Assembly (NCBI GenBank): GCA_918797485.1
Contig: CAKKNE010000003.1
Coordinates: 1 to 64,000, forward strand
DNA length: 64,000 bases
Direction of reading: 5' to 3'
DNA from: Pelagomonas calceolata
Taxonomy: Eukaryota
A model generated the notes under the pieces. It made no database searches. It saw nothing but the letters and a program-made list of their open reading frames with translations, and was not told the origin of the DNA. The position numbers were made by a program, and so were the translations under genes. The number at the start of each line of letters is the position of its first letter. Position 1 is the first letter of the stretch. Shown one piece after another: positions 41,910 through 53,993 of this stretch.

Positions 41910-42830
41910 ATGGGCGGCTTCCTGAGCCGCCACGATAAGCGCATACGGGACTGGATGGACTCGGACGACGAGGAGCCGAGCGCGTATAGCCCGACGAAGC
42001 GCCAGAAGCGCGGCAGCAGCCACGGGCCCCTGGCGCTCGCCTGGGGCGTCGCCGAGTGGGTCGGGCGCAAGCGGACGCAGGAGGATCGCTGCATCGGCTG
42101 CGTGCTGAGCGACGGCGCGACGTTCGCGGGTGTATACGATGGCCACGCCGGCTCGAAGGCGGCGGCCTACGCGGCCTCGAACCTGCACACGCACGTCGCC
42201 GGGACCGGCGCGCTGCGACGGAGATTACTAGATGCCTTCCACAAGACGGAGCGGGGCATCATCACGTCGGGGATCAAGGACGGCACGACGGCCTGCGTCG
42301 CCGTCGTCGAGGGGACGAACTTCACGACGGCGAACGTCGGCGACTCGCGCTGCGTCATTGGCGGCGGCTCGCGGAAGCGACCCAAGGCGACGCGCTGCAC
42401 CACAGATCATAAGCCGGAGCTCGTGAACGAGGCGCGGCGCGTCCAGAACGCGGGCGGCGCGGTCGAGATCCGGGGCGCCTGCGCGCGCGTCGTGCACCCG
42501 GACTGCCCGCTCATGCTCGCGACGTCGCGCACGCTGGGGGACGCGGTCTGCAAGCGCCACCCGGGCCTCGTGTCGCCGCACCCGGACGTGACGTGCCGGG
42601 CGCTGACGCGGGGCGACCGCTTCGCGATCCTGGCGACGGACGGGCTCTGGGACGTCGTGAGCGACCAGGAGGCCGTGACCTGCGTGAACAAGGTGCTGGG
42701 CGACGGCACGCCGTCCGTGGCGCTGTGCGAGGAGGCGGCGGCGGCCTGCGTCGCCAAGGCGCGCAAGGAGCGCACGATGGACAACGTGCTCGTGCTCGTG
42801 CTTTGTTTTTTGTGGAACGATGCAGCATAG
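41910..42830 (+). CDS. PP2C-family protein phosphatase, possible N-myristoylation (MGGFLS)
   Basis: RTQED, VYDGHAG, ANVGDSR, DHKP, ILATDGLWD and DN motifs. Confidence 0.92.
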   Translation: MGGFLSRHDKRIRDWMDSDDEEPSAYSPTKRQKRGSSHGPLALAWGVAEWVGRKRTQEDRCIGCVLSDGATFAGVYDGHAGSKAAAYAASNLHTHVAGTGALRRRLLDAFHKTERGIITSGIKDGTTACVAVVEGTNFTTANVGDSRCVIGGGSRKRPKATRCTTDHKPELVNEARRVQNAGGAVEIRGACARVVHPDCPLMLATSRTLGDAVCKRHPGLVSPHPDVTCRALTRGDRFAILATDGLWDVVSDQEAVTCVNKVLGDGTPSVALCEEAAAACVAKARKERTMDNVLVLVLCFLWNDAA

Positions 42831-43257
42831 TCCATAGTCTTTGTTTTTGGTTTTACTCATAATATTTCTCGTTTTCTTTTTCGATCCGAGGTCGTCTGCC
42901 TCGTCTGCCGCGCCGGCGCCAGGTCCCGGCGCCGCGCGTTTTCCGGCTCGATTTTCTGTAGTACGTTCTCTTGGACCGAGCGATACGTCGCTTGGCCGGC
43001 TTCGATCGCGGCAGCTATATACTAACACTCTAGAGTTCGAGCTGTCCAGTGCACCACCACAGGGCCTCGTACTCGCGTGGTGCTGAACAGCGCGACCCAT
43101 AAACAGCTCCGAACGTCTCTATCTATACCACTTTTGCGCTTGCTGCATTCCTGGCTCGCGATTCTCGCTTTGCACTCAAGGAGAGCACACACTCAACTGC
43201 ACTCAGTGCCACTCACACTTCGTGAGACACGCAGTCGGCAGAACAACCACATCAACG

Positions 43258-44094
43258 ATGCGCACCTCGACGGGCTCCACAGACTCTGCAAGCTCCACAT
43301 CCACCTGGCGCCGGAACCACGATGAATTCCAGGACGGCGAACTGGTGGAAGTAGTGAACGACTTTTACGAGGACCAGCCGCCGCGAAACTTGAAACACCA
43401 CTGCGGGATAGTCGTGCCGCGGACGACGGAGACGACGGTCTGGGTACACCCGCCGGACCAGGGCGTGGCCGTCGCTCTGCACGGCTTGGACCCGATGGTG
43501 CTGCCGACCGCAGCGCTTCGACGCCTGTCGCCGCGCAAGCAGCCGCTGGCCCTCGGCGTCGACGTGCGAGAAAAAGACGGAGCACTGCTGCTGACGCTGC
43601 TGCACGGCCGCGGGCTGCCCAAGGAGCTCGCGCGGTACGCGCTGCGGTTCCTCTACGTGCAGCGAGTACATATGAGCGAGGTGTCCGTGCGCGCTGCGTC
43701 GTCGAATCGCGGCGACTTCCCGCTGTCGGAGCTGCTGTCGCCAAGAGACGACACGTGGTGGATCTCGACATTCAAGGAGCAGTTCGAACACGAGTGGGTC
43801 GAGCTCGCCACGTCCAGCGACGGGCTTCCCCGTCGCGTCGCTGGCGTGAAGATGAAGATCCCACCGCTCCCCTACGGCCCCCTCTCCGCCAGAAACTTCG
43901 ACGTGTGCTGCTGTGGCGTGGACGGGAAATTGCACTACGGGATCTTACGCGCGGAGACCCTCGACCGCGCCGAGCTCCAGGAGTTCGCACTACCCGGTAG
44001 CGGCGTCGATGCGGTGACCGTACGCATCCGCGTTTTCGCCATGGCAGCGCCACGGCAGCACTCGTGCGGCATCTTCCAGCTCGCGCTGTTTTGA
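43258..44094 (+). CDS. Hypothetical protein with a C-terminal galactose-binding-like domain
   Basis: AASS..LL..DTWWIS..EWVEL pattern. Confidence 0.6.
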   Translation: MRTSTGSTDSASSTSTWRRNHDEFQDGELVEVVNDFYEDQPPRNLKHHCGIVVPRTTETTVWVHPPDQGVAVALHGLDPMVLPTAALRRLSPRKQPLALGVDVREKDGALLLTLLHGRGLPKELARYALRFLYVQRVHMSEVSVRAASSNRGDFPLSELLSPRDDTWWISTFKEQFEHEWVELATSSDGLPRRVAGVKMKIPPLPYGPLSARNFDVCCCGVDGKLHYGILRAETLDRAELQEFALPGSGVDAVTVRIRVFAMAAPRQHSCGIFQLALF

Positions 44095-44278
44095 GATTTT
44101 CCCCCGCGCGCGATCCACCACCCCAACTCCATCGACGCGCCCCCATCACAACGCCGTCGACGCGCCACCACAACCCCACCGACGCACGGCCGTAGCCCAA
44201 ATGTATATGTAACACATTGTCAAGCCTACTCGACGCGCCGTCGTCGCCGCATGTACCTCTAGTATGTAACACATGTCC

Positions 44279-45290
44279 TTAGCCAAACCCAGCGGTCAGC
44301 TTCTTCTTTTTGGACTTCTTCTTCTTCGTCCGCCGCGCCGCGCGGTTCAGCGCCGGGCCATCTTCAGGGCCTGGTGGCGCGTTGGGGTTCTGGCCCGCGG
44401 CCATCTTCTGCATCATCGTGCGCATCTGCTGGAACTCGCTGACGAAGCGCCGCGACGCGTCGGCGTCGCGGCCGGCGCCGCGCGCGATGCGCCGCTGCCG
44501 CGACAGGGCGCTTTTCGAGCGGATGACGAGGTCGGGGTCGCGGCGCTCCGCGGGCGTCATCGACATGATGAGGGACTCCTGAATTTTGATGCGCGCCTCG
44601 GCCTCCGACAATTTACCAGCGTCGAGGCCGCCCATCCCGGGCATCATCTTGGCCACATTTTGTAAATTGCCCATGCTCGCCATCATCTTCGTCTGTTCGA
44701 GGAAGTCGTCAAACGTCGCCTTGCCCGCGACGATGCGCTCCATCTGCGACGCGGCGTCGTCTTTGGACTGGAGGCGCTCCGCCTTTTCCACGAGCGACAC
44801 GACGTCGCCCATGCCGAGGATGCGGCTCGCCATGCGCGCCGGGAAGAACGGTTCTAAATCTTGAACCCTTTCCCCGACGCCGACGTACTTGATCGGTCTC
44901 CCACAAACCGCCCGCACCGACAACGCCGCGCCGCCCCGCGCGTCACCATCCAACTTCGTCAGCACGGCGCCGGTCAGCGGCACGGCGTCGTCGAACTGCT
45001 TCGCCACGCCCGCGGCGGCCTGGCCCGTCATCGCGTCCAGCACGAGCAGCGTCTCGTCGGGCTGCGTCACCTGCCGGACGTCCCGGAGTTCCCGCATCAG
45101 GTCCGCCTCGATGACCTGCCGCCCCGCCGTGTCCACGACGACCACGTCCACATCATCTCTCGCCTGCGCCTCCTTGAGGCCCCGCTCGGCGATGGCCACG
45201 GCGTTGCCCTGCCCCGGCTCGAAGTCCTCGGCGTAGACCGGGACGCCGACCTGCTCGCCCAGCAATTTGAGCTGCTCGACGGCCGCGGGC

Positions 45291-45322
<32 letters not shown>

Positions 45323-45853
45323 GCGGCCCTCCTCCTGCTGCAACCGCAAGGCCAACTTCGCCGCGGCCGTCGTCTTACCGGCGCCTTGTAACCCACAAAG
45401 CAACACCACGGTGGGCTTGCCGTCCTCCCTATATTCGAGCTCGGCCCGGACGGACTGCTCGCCCTCGCCGCCGGACATGAGGGCCTCGTCGTCGCCGCCC
45501 ATGGCGCGCTTCAACTCATCATAGACAATCTTCACGCCTCGCTGGGAGGGGTCGACGCCCTCGGTGACTTCGCCGCCGAGCGCGTTCTTGGTCACGCGCT
45601 CGACGAGGTCGTCTACCACAACTTTGCTCACGTCGGCGTCGAGCAGCGCGCGTCGGATGTCCCGCAGCGCGCCCTTCGTGTTCGCCTCGGTCATGCGGCT
45701 CTTGCCGCTCAGCAGGTCCGTGGCGCCCTTGATGGACTCGGCGAGCTTGTCGAAGAAGTAGACCTTCGTCTGTCGGGGCGCGCGCGGCGGCGGCGTCGGC
45801 GCGAAGGCCGCGGCGCATGCGCATGTTAGGAGCAGTGCGTGCCACCTCGTCAT
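44279..45853 (-). CDS. cpSRP54: Chloroplast signal recognition particle 54 kDa protein (Ffh)
   Basis: GLQGAGKTT, DTAGR, TKLDGD and the M domain. Bipartite signal with an AAAFAP cleavage motif. Confidence 0.95.
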
Positions 45854-45999
45854 CTTGACGTCTGTTATGCGCAGCGCTTACTAATTCTAAATCGCTGCGG
45901 CGCTCGGTTGCAGCAGTGAGGTCGCTGAACGATGTGTGCGCCTTGCACGGGTGCAAGATGTCACCCACAGCCCACGCACTTCAGCCCTTTTAGTCAGCC

Positions 46000-46022
46000 G
46001 CTAGCGGCGGTAAGACACTAGG
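46000..46022 (+). promoter_or_regulatory. Conserved intergenic motif, copy 5
   Basis: GCTAGCGGCGGTAAGACACTAGG, about 147 bp upstream of the cpSRP54 ATG. Confidence 0.6.
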
Positions 46023-46611
46023 CATCCCTCGCCGGCAGAGGCCCGGTGTTTTGCACGCGCGCCGACCTCGCGCACGCGGTTACACAAACGAAAGGCACCT
46101 GACAGTCTCGCTTTCGACGCGGCAGCTCAAACCGCGCATCGCCGCCTGCGAAACCGTGCCTGGCTTGCGAGGGCCAGTAACCAATTGACACGAGCGCCGG
46201 CTCATCCAAGTGCGCGGGCGGGTCCTCGACACGAAAACTGTGCCGGCTGTCGACGAACGGCTACGCGGTAGCACGCCGCCGCCGTCCTCGGGGATCGGGC
46301 GTGTGCTTCGCAGACATGCGCTCTAACGTAGCGAAGACCTCGCAGTGCTGCCGCGGACAAGCGATGAACAAAAAGAAAAAAAACACGCCGCCCAGGTAGC
46401 AATACAGGCCGCACGCAAGTGCGGCCGCAAACAAAAACAAAATCCTCGGGCGCGCGGCGCACCAGTCCGCCAGGTTGGCCGCCTCCAGGGCCGCGCAGCG
46501 CTCTCGAGCTAGCCCCGGCACCGCGACGAAACCCTCACGCGAAACCCTTTATAAGCGGGGGGAGGAGGAAAGACGAAAAGGGGAAAGGGAAGGGAGACGC
46601 CCCGGCTGCGT

Positions 46612-49600
46612 CTAGAGGAAGTTGAACACGAGGCCGGCGAGCGCGACAGTCTCCTCTTCGCCGTTGTCGTAGAGGATCGTGGCCTCCTCGCCGTCGCACG
46701 CCGTGATCACGCCGGGGTAGTACTTGCCGTCGCCGTCCCACACGACCTCGACGCGGTCGCCGACGATGCCTTGGCCGACCTCCTCCTCCGTGCTGTCGTC
46801 CGACTCGGACTCGTAGGGCTCGAAGTTCTCGACGTCGTCCTCGGACACCTACGGCGTCGATGGGTGGAGGTCGAGGCAAAGTTTTGGACGCCGGCGACTC
46901 ACCTCCTCGTTGTGGCCGGCCACGACGAGATCGGCCGCGGCCTCGGCGACCTCCTGGCCGGGCGCCGCGGCGGACGCCGCGGCGGGCGCCGCGGCGGGCG
47001 CAGCGTCGCCCTCGGCCACTGTAGCCGCGGCGGGCGCCGCGGCGGGCGCAGCGTCGCCCTCGGCCACCTACGGCGTCGATGGGTTGGAGGCGCTGCGCGA
47101 AGTTTGGACGCTGCAACTCACCTCGTCCTCTTCGAGGGCTTCCAGGAGCCGCGCCCGGAGTTCGGCCATCAGGCCGTCCGTCGGCAGGTCGCGGGCCGCG
47201 AGCGCCGCTCTCAGCTTCGCGACGGTGAACGACGGGCTCTCGACCTCGTCCTTCGTCAACGGCGCGGCCGGGGCGCCGGCGCCAGCAGCAGCCGTGGCCG
47301 CGCGCACAAGTGCTCTGTCCTCGCGCTCGCGAGTGAGCCTCCGCGAGTACGCGCTGTCCGGGTCGCGCGTGAATGGGGCTACCGGCGGCCACGGGCCACA
47401 CGAGGCCTCGCCATTCAACCGCCGCACGTACGCTCGAGCGCACTCAATTGTCGCCTCCAGGGCTACGCCCGCGTCGTACTCGGGGTCGTGGTGCCGCAAG
47501 CCGTCCCGGTTGATGTGGCCGAAGGGGCCCTCCGCCGGGCACAATATCTCGCCGAGAAATTTAATGCTGGTCGAGAAGGCATCGGTGGCGCCGGCGAGGG
47601 CGAGCCCGTGAGTAGTGGGGAACTCGCCGCGGCCAGTCATCCCGAGCATGCAGCGCACGGCATACATGGCATCGACGATGACGACGTCTTCGTCGCGCCC
47701 CAACATGTGCTCCGTGAGGTACCGCCGGTCGCCGCCGCCCCAAGCAACGAGGGCTCCTCCAGCACCTAGCTCCGCTTCGACGTCGCAGAAGGCGTCGTCG
47801 AGCTCGCCCGCCTTCGCGACGGCGAGCTCCTGAGGCTGCATGCGCTCGGTTTCCTCGCACCAGACGCTCGGAAGGTCGGCGGACGAAAGCCTCACTATGA
47901 GCTTCGGTTCGACGTCACTCGCACGCCTCGCGAGGACGGCCATCGTGTGGTAGTAGGAGTGGCCGCCACTGGTTCGGCCTTCGGCGTCGCTCGCCCCAAT
48001 CGTGTCGCCATCAATAACGGCCCTGCAGATGAATTTGATCGCTCCCTCGGGCCCGCGGTCGGAGAGCTGGTCGAGCGGCTTCGGCTCCGTGCCTCGGTAG
48101 GACATCAGGCGATCATAGGCTTGCTCTTTCATGCCCGCGACGCACATTCCCTTTAGGTCGCACGCGAAGTCGGACTTGATGGCCTCTGTAGCTTTGCCGC
48201 AGCTGTCGCTGGGGGGCCACCGCGGCTTGCCCGCGGCTACCCGCGCATCGCCGCTTCTCCTCCTGGCTTCTCTAAAATACTCGGACCACGTCAGACCGGA
48301 GCTATAAGCCAGATCATCATCGGTTTTTGCGGAGGCCAACGGGCGCAATGGCGTACGAATTGTTAAATAGCCACAACGCGACACAAAAAGGTACAGATCA
48401 TCGCCTTCGTGCTCGAAGCGGGGCCCTCCCGTCGCCTCGACGAACGCGGCGAGGATCTCCTCCGCGTTATCCTTGGTCACCTCCGTGTCGGGGTCCATTC
48501 CGGCCTCCTCGAGGACATGAGCTAATCTGGCCGGGCGCTTCGACAAGGCCACACCTTTCGACGACTTTACCTTTGGACCATCTCTCAGACGCTCGACAAT
48601 TGCCTTATAAGTTTCCAACGCGCCGCCGCCCTCCGGCGGGACGCACCGCACCTTATAGCGGCCGCCCGTGAATAACAGCCCGAGTTTGAAGCCGTCCAGA
48701 TCATCTAAGAGATAGTTCTCGTCGTTGAGGAACGATTCAAGTTTCTGCTGGATCTTCGCGAGCTCTTCCACCTCTTTGCGGTTCTTCGGTCCGTACTTTT
48801 CGTCCTTCGTGAGGAGTCTGAACCGCTCGAGCGCCTGGGACTCTTCCGAAGAAGGCGACGCGGCGCCGTCGACATCGGCCTGGGAATCGAGGGGGTTGTA
48901 CACGAGGCCGGCGAGCGCGACGGTCTCCTCGTCGCCATTGTCATAGAGGATCGTGACGTCCTTGCCGTCGAACGCCGTGAACTTGCAGCGGTAGTACTTG
49001 CCGTCGGGGTCCCACAAGACCTCGACGCACTGACCTAGGACCGGACACTGGAGCTCGTCGGCGCAGTCGTCCGACGCCGTGAACGACGTCTGGAGCTCGT
49101 CGGCGCCGTCGACGGGCGGCAGCGGCGCGGGGAGAGCGAGCGACTGGCGTGGCCGTCGCGGGCGCTCCGTGACGGTTTGAAACACAAACCCATCGTGGGG
49201 CATCGCGGGCGCGCCGTCGCCGCAAGACAGAGTAGTCAGGCCCGCGATGGCCTCAGTTTCAGCTTGAGCCCGATCACGACCTTCCGCGACGTCGCCGGTC
49301 GCGACGTTCGCCGCCGCAGGTTCTTCCGTCGCCGCCGCCGCAGGTTCTTTCGTCGGGGTCTCGCAATACTCGTCGCCCTCGCCCTCGGGCGGCTGGAACG
49401 GTTGGTGCCCGTCGACGCCGCCGGCCTCGGTCACAGCGGCGCCGGGCTCCGCGGTCGCGCCGCCGTCGCCAGGATAAGACGTCTCGGACGCGGCGGCGCC
49501 GTCGGCTGAAGGTGTCGCGTCGACTGCGGTCTTCGCGGCGCCGTTCGGCAAGACGCCGAAGAAACACGTACAAGCGTCGGACACGTAGCTGACAGCCGCG

Positions 49601-51219
49601 GAGCAGCAGCTGAAGGCCGCGGATGCGCAGCAGGAAGCCGCGCCGTACGCCAGATCCAAGCACGAGCGCGCGGCGGTGCCGATCGCCGCGGTGACGCCGA
49701 CGCCCTCGGCGGCGCCCACGGTCGGCACGAGCGCGGCCGAATCGCTGAAGGTGATGTCGGGGTTGACGCCCTCGAGCGCCGCGATGGCCTCGAGCATGGG
49801 CTCTCGCAGCGGGTGGCCCATGCAGGGCCAAACGTCATGCTTGAGAACAAATGCGCGCAGAGACGCGGAGCTGGACCAGTCGACGTCCGGCTCCATCGCT
49901 CTGGCGAACCAGAACGCGTCGGCGTCGCACGTGCCCGCGTCGGCGTCGATGGCGTCCGAGGCACCCGTGCCCGCGGCGGCGGCGGCGGCGCGGTGGAGGT
50001 TTGAAGCCGCGGCGTCGGTTGCGCCCGGAGATGACGTCGCCGCGCCGGCGGCGCCAGCGTGGGCGCGGCCGTGGCCGGCGCCGGTGTAAGTGTCCTGTAA
50101 AGCAGCGTCGTGGCCGTCGCGTAGGCGGTCGTCGTCCTCGCCCAGGTTCGGCGAAGCGACGGCGCCGACCCGGCCGTCCGCGCCCTCGTCGTTCAGGTCC
50201 AAGCGCCGCACGGCGCGGACGATAAATTCCGTATCGGCGCTCACGCTCTGCGGCGTAACGAGGGCTTCTTCTACTTCATGCAGCTCCAGATCTTCTGAGT
50301 CGCCCTTAATCGGGCTCGACGTGAAGCGTACGCGCCACAGCGCCGCCGGCTTGCCGTCGTCATCATAGAAGTTCGACGTAGAAGCCGGCAAGTAGGCCTC
50401 AACGTGCCCGTGGGCTACAACGCGGGTCGGTTCGCCCGTCTCCGGATCTACGATGAGGCGCCGCACGCGCGAGAACAGGTAAGGCGCGTCCCGAAAAATC
50501 CAAGGCGTCCAGCCGCCGCGCGTCTCCTTGGGATCTCCGGCAGATCCAGGCGCGTCGCGGTCGGCGGCCGGCCCCGACGCGCCGGCAGTCGGCTTCGCGA
50601 CGAGGCCGGTCGACGGCACGTCGTGTCCCACAGAAGTTTCTCCGACCGTCTGGTAGCGCCGCGTCGTCTCGAGATCCTCGGAAGATCCAAGCGCGGCGGC
50701 GTCGGCGACCGGCTCCGACGCGACAGTCGGCAATACGATGAGGCTGCACACCGACACGTCGCGTCCCACAGAAGTATCTCCGAAAAGGACGACGCACGTT
50801 TGACGATCGGGGTTCACGGCCACGACGTAGCCCACTACGGGGTCACCCGCGTGGTCGAGCGCGACCATCTCACCGCTAATATCATTGTCGCTGGGCGAGG
50901 AGGAGTAGAACCACGAGGTGAAGACGTCCCAGACCGAGTCCCACGGCGTGAACGACACACCGAGATATTCCGCCCAATGAAAGGGGAGGGCGGCGTCTGG
51001 TAGCCAACTGAGGCACCACGAGTGGAACTCGGCTTGTGACTCGGCTTCCCACGTCGCGACCACGTATGCGAATGCGTCTTCGAGAGCAGGTTGCCAGGGG
51101 CACCAGTTAAATTGCCAGAGCGCCGCCATCGAGTCGAAGCCGAAGAAGTTCTGCGCGAACGCGTCGAGCTCGCCTGGCGTGGCTTCCGAGTCCGTGCCGC
51201 TAGGTATGGTGGTGCTCAT
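46612..51219 (-). CDS. ~1500-aa multi-Tudor / DEDDh-like exonuclease / SAP protein; exons 51219-47122, 47067-46903, 46848-46612
   Basis: Two 54-nt GTGAGT..TAG phase-0 introns. Tudor VEVxWDxDGKYY..ILYDNG.EE twice, SAP TVAKLRAALAARDLPTDGLMAELRARL, and exonuclease-like motifs VIDGDT / LVAWGGGD / HHDPEYDA. Confidence 0.75.
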
Positions 51220-52876
51220 CGTGGCCCCGACAAGGGGCAGGTTGCGCGCCTGCGGCGGCGGGGTGGTGCGTGTTGAGCGTCGCGAGACCGGCCGCGGTAC
51301 CTCTCCGGAGCCGGTCGAGGACGAGGGCCATTTTCGACGCGGGCGCGCGCTGGCGAGGGCAGGGCGTGAGCCGTGCCCGCGAGCGCGAACGCGAGGAAGC
51401 GCCTCATGGCGCGTCGACGTCGTCGGCGCGTCGGCACGAGGCGATAGCCTGCGAACGGGCGATAAACCGCGTCAGTCGCGCCTCTCGAGGCCGGAGCGGC
51501 GTAAGCGTACATGGGCGCCGCCGCGCCGGGCGGAGGGGGCCGGCGCGGGGGCGCTCCTGCGGTGCGCAGGCCGGAAGACCTCACGGGCAATAGCCGCCGC
51601 TACGCCCCCGCTGAGCGGATTTGCGCGCCGATTTTCGCGGCGTAGGGCGGCGGCGAAATATCTTGAGCGGTAGAGACACGGGCGGCTACGTTTGAGATCG
51701 ATTTGGCGTTGAATTTGCGCTCTTTGACACCGCAGCACAACGATGAGGCCGCTTATTCCCGGGGCCATTCCCTTCTTTCCCGACGCTCGCCCCTGCGCGA
51801 AAGAGCGTTCAACCGAGCCATCGAGACACCTAGGCCCGCCCTAAACTCGGTGGGGTGTCCTTAGGCTCCGCCGGGACGGCGTCAAACGGCCGGCGCGCCC
51901 CCCGTTCGTCGCTGTTCCCCCACACCACCGTTGGCAGCGCGCAGCGCCACATACGGCTAATTACACAACACAGAGGGACCTCGATGGCGCGACGCCTCGT
52001 CGAGCGCGAGGCGAGGAGCGGCTGCCAGCCGGCGAGGCAACACCCGCCGGTCCAGGATCTTCACGAGTTCGCGGCGACGGCGTCGCCACGTAGGGCGACT
52101 CGGTGCGACGCTCGCGTCCCGGAACAACCGCCGGTGCTGCGCCAACGTATAAAAAAACACGGGCACGACCCCTGATCTCGGCGGCCTTGCCCGAGGCCGT
52201 CCCGACGACCCACCCGCGGGCCCCAGTCACGCGCGAAGCCTCGCGTCACGCCACTCGTTACAATAAGCGACTGGCGTTACCTTCTGCGCCGGCAACATGT
52301 CACAACTCCCGCGTTATGGGCCGGCCGCCTGCCGCTCAAAGGATTTTGTCCTCGGATCGACCGGAAGAGTTCGCCGGGCCGTCCAGGCATCGAACGACGC
52401 GTAGAGCTCCGGCGCGACGCCGCCCTGGACCGGCTCCTATAGTCGTAGGCAGCCGCAGGCGCGTAGGACGACCGCGGTCACGATTTCCTCGGCGGCGGCG
52501 GCGCGGACTGCACGATGGCGTGGCCATGAACGCGCCTCGCAGCTGCTGCAGCGAGCGACGTCGCCGCGCAGGTCTTGGTCGCCGCACTGGCGCGTCAGGC
52601 CGACGAGCGGTGTCCCACACAGCTCGCAAGGTGCAAGCAGGCGAATCCCGCATCGGTGCAGACGCTAGTGAGGACGTGCCGTGGCCCGCGAGGGCGCGTC
52701 GTTCGCCGCCGCGCCGGTTGCAGTTTGCTCAGTTGCTGATAGCCAGTTCTCCGTGCGCTCGCTGCACGAACCAATGCGAGTAGTGAAGCTGCCACACGCT
52801 GAGCGATGCGTGCGCTATCGCACGGTGCAAAATATCACCCACAGCGGTCCCACGCAAGTTCAGCCGCAAAATGCGA

Positions 52877-52900
52877 GCTAGCGTCCTGTAACACACTAGG
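52877..52900 (+). promoter_or_regulatory. Conserved intergenic motif, copy 6 (no adjacent ATG gene)
   Basis: GCTAGCGTCCTGTAACACACTAGG. Confidence 0.55.
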
Positions 52901-52919
52901 ATGTGAAGGACGAGACATG

Positions 52920-53565
52920 TTACCCACAAACGTGCGTGAACGTCGCGTCCTCCGGCGCGGGCTCGCACCGCTCCGCCACGGAGAGCGGCGCCAGGTCCGA
53001 CATGTCCCACGCCGTCCCCGGCAGCCAGTCGCCGCGGCGCGGGATGAGCCCTCGCCCGGCCGTGAGGTAGACGGCGACGAGCGCCTCCTCGTAGCGTTCG
53101 TCCGAGCCGTCGGACCACTCCTTCCACTTGGTCGCGTGCGCGACGAGCGCGCCCCACGCCTGCCGCGCGTCCATCGTCCCTATGCCGGCCCGCGCGTCCT
53201 GCTCGACCTCGCCCGTCGCCATGCGCTCGTGCATGAATCCGGCGCGGTTTCCGAACAAGTTCACCAGTTCCCTTTCGAGCCCGTCCCACAAGAGACGGAG
53301 CTGGAGCCGCGGGTCCTCGGTGTCCCTAGGAGGCGTCCAGAAGTTGAGGGCGCCCGTGTCCTCGAACGGCTGCTCGAACTGGTGCCACCAGTTCGCCGGC
53401 AGGTAGAGGACGTCGCCCGGCGCGATCACCGTCTCAAAATCAGAGATCGTCGAGCACGTCGAGGTCCACGTCGGCTCGCGCGCTCCCCGCGAGCGGGTGG
53501 CCGTTCGGAAATCTTCCAAGCTCCTCGACGTGCCCCGGCTCGACGAGCACCACTTTCTTGCGACC
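52920..53565 (-). pseudogene. 3' half of a JmjC/cupin-8 dioxygenase; 5'-truncated and frameshifted near 53440
   Basis: GRKKVVLVEP..GRFPNGHPL, then VIAPGDVLYLPANWWHQ..ALNFW. No upstream HxD motif or start codon. Confidence 0.7.
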
Positions 53566-53705
53566 GACGCCACGCTCGAGGATCTCCGCGAGGCCGTGAC
53601 GACGCTCGAGGACACGGAACGGACCGCGCGGCGCGTGCTCGGTGGCGCGCATCCGCTCGTAGTGGATATTGGGGACGAATATCGAGACGCGCAAGCAGCA
53701 TGCGC
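53563..53705 (+). pseudogene. C-terminal fragment of an expanded pelagophyte helical-repeat family
   Basis: DATLEDLREAVTTLEDTERTARRVLGGAHP, recalled as a recurrent motif in Pelagomonas proteins; no 5' part present. Confidence 0.55.
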
Positions 53706-53993
53706 CAGCAAACGCTGCGGCCGTCGCGGAAGTACGTCAAGCCGCGGCCCGACCCTAAGGAGCTCTGCTTCGCCACGGCGACGAGCCGCTCAGCCCCATC
53801 AAGCGCACGCGGCTCAGCTTCTGAGGCGCCACCGCCGTACTACAACATCCCCCTCCCCCAAACCGGCGAGTCATGAACGATGCCGCCGGACGATTATTTC
53901 ATTTAGCCCGCGAAACGCTGTCGCCGAACAGTCTAAGAACAACATACAAAATGTCCACACGATTACTCACAACAAGAACGCCACCGCGGCGCG

